A DNA stretch of 64,000 nucleotides, taken from the human T2T-CHM13v2.0 reference genome, Homo sapiens. Below the pieces are notes generated by a model. That model ran no database searches, had not been told where the DNA came from, and was given only the letters and a program-made list of their open reading frames with translations. The position numbers and the translations under genes are program-made. The stretch is from NCBI RefSeq assembly GCF_009914755.1, contig NC_060926.1; one strand, 5' to 3'. The stretch's first letter is position 1. Every line of letters begins with the position of its first letter. This document shows, in pieces, positions 63,151 to 64,000 of this stretch.

Positions 63151-63472
63151 TAGCCAGGTGTGATGCATCATGCCTATAATGCCAGCACTTTGGGAGGCCA
63201 AGGCAGGAGCCCAGGAGTTCAAGACTAACCTGGGCAGCATAGTGAAACCTTGTCTCTACAAAAAATTTAAAACTTAGCTGGGCATGGTGGCACATTCTCG
63301 CAGTCCCAGATACTCGCAGTGGTCGGGGAGGGACAGGTAGAGCTGGGGGGCAAGGGGAAAGAGAAAGATCACTTGAACTGGGGAGGTTGAGGCTACACTG
63401 AGCTGTGATTGTGCCACTGCACTCTAGCCAGGTTGACAGAGCAAGCCTGTCTCAAAACAAACAAACAAAAAA
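63151..63472 (+). mobile_element. AluJ with G-rich internal replacement
   Basis: Diverged dimer; TSD-like cctttga on both sides. Confidence 0.85.
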
Positions 63473-63599
63473 CCTTTGACGAATAAAGCCAAAACAGTAG
63501 ATGAATACAGCATTTCAAAGACCCAGGTGAAGTAAGAAAATGGAAATACAGTAAAAGTAATATTCATTGCCATTTCCCCCCCAAGCATGTTGGTTTTAA

Positions 63600-64000
63600 A
63601 TTTTTTTAATTTTAATTTTTAGTTTTTGTGGGTATACAACAGGTGTAAATATGTGTGGGTTACATGAGATATTTTGATACAGGAATGCAGTGCATAATAA
63701 TCACGTTGGGTAAATGTGTCCACCGCCTCAAGCATTTATCCTTTGTGTTACAAACAATCCAATTATACTCTTCTAGTTATTTTTAAATGTACAATTATTT
63801 TTTACTATAGTCACACTGTTATGTTAACAAATACTAGATCTTATTCATTCTTTCTATTTTTTTGTACCCATTAACCATCCCCACTTCCCCCCACCTACCC
63901 CACTACCCGTTGCAGCCTCTGGTAACCATCCTTATACTATCTATGAGTTTAATTATTTTAATTTTTACCTCCCACAAATAAGTGAGAACATGCAAAGTTT
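63600..64000 (-). mobile_element. L1MA 3' end (runs off the window)
   Basis: T-rich tail and L1MA-type 3'UTR. Confidence 0.85.

Overview
Repeat-dense hominid (human or great ape) genomic DNA; the SVA, AluY and L1PA elements establish the lineage. No intact protein-coding gene, RNA gene or CRISPR array is visible. The longer ORFs in the track come from L1, SVA, Alu or microsatellite sequence. Mobile elements: two near-full-length L1PA7-like elements in inverted orientation (2.7-9.0 kb and 19.2-25.9 kb), an SVA with a 356-bp 3' transduction, a solo LTR22-type LTR, and a full-length L1PA2/3-like element nested inside a 5'-inverted (twin-primed) L1PA4/5-like element. There are also many Alu, MaLR, MIR, L2 and Tigger-type relics. 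The main finding lies in the unique DNA between repeats: about 16 short, splice-site-bounded, largely phase-compatible exon remnants on the + strand (about 303-62953). They join into one frame with scattered nonsense codons, one frameshift and several decayed splice sites. The 3' half resembles, by eye, the GAIN region of polycystin-1 (PKD1). This reads as a candidate decayed intron-containing, possibly unitary, polycystin-like pseudogene. Neighbouring L1 copies also share many non-consensus variants, suggesting local gene conversion. Subfamily calls and consensus comparisons are from memory, not computed alignment.
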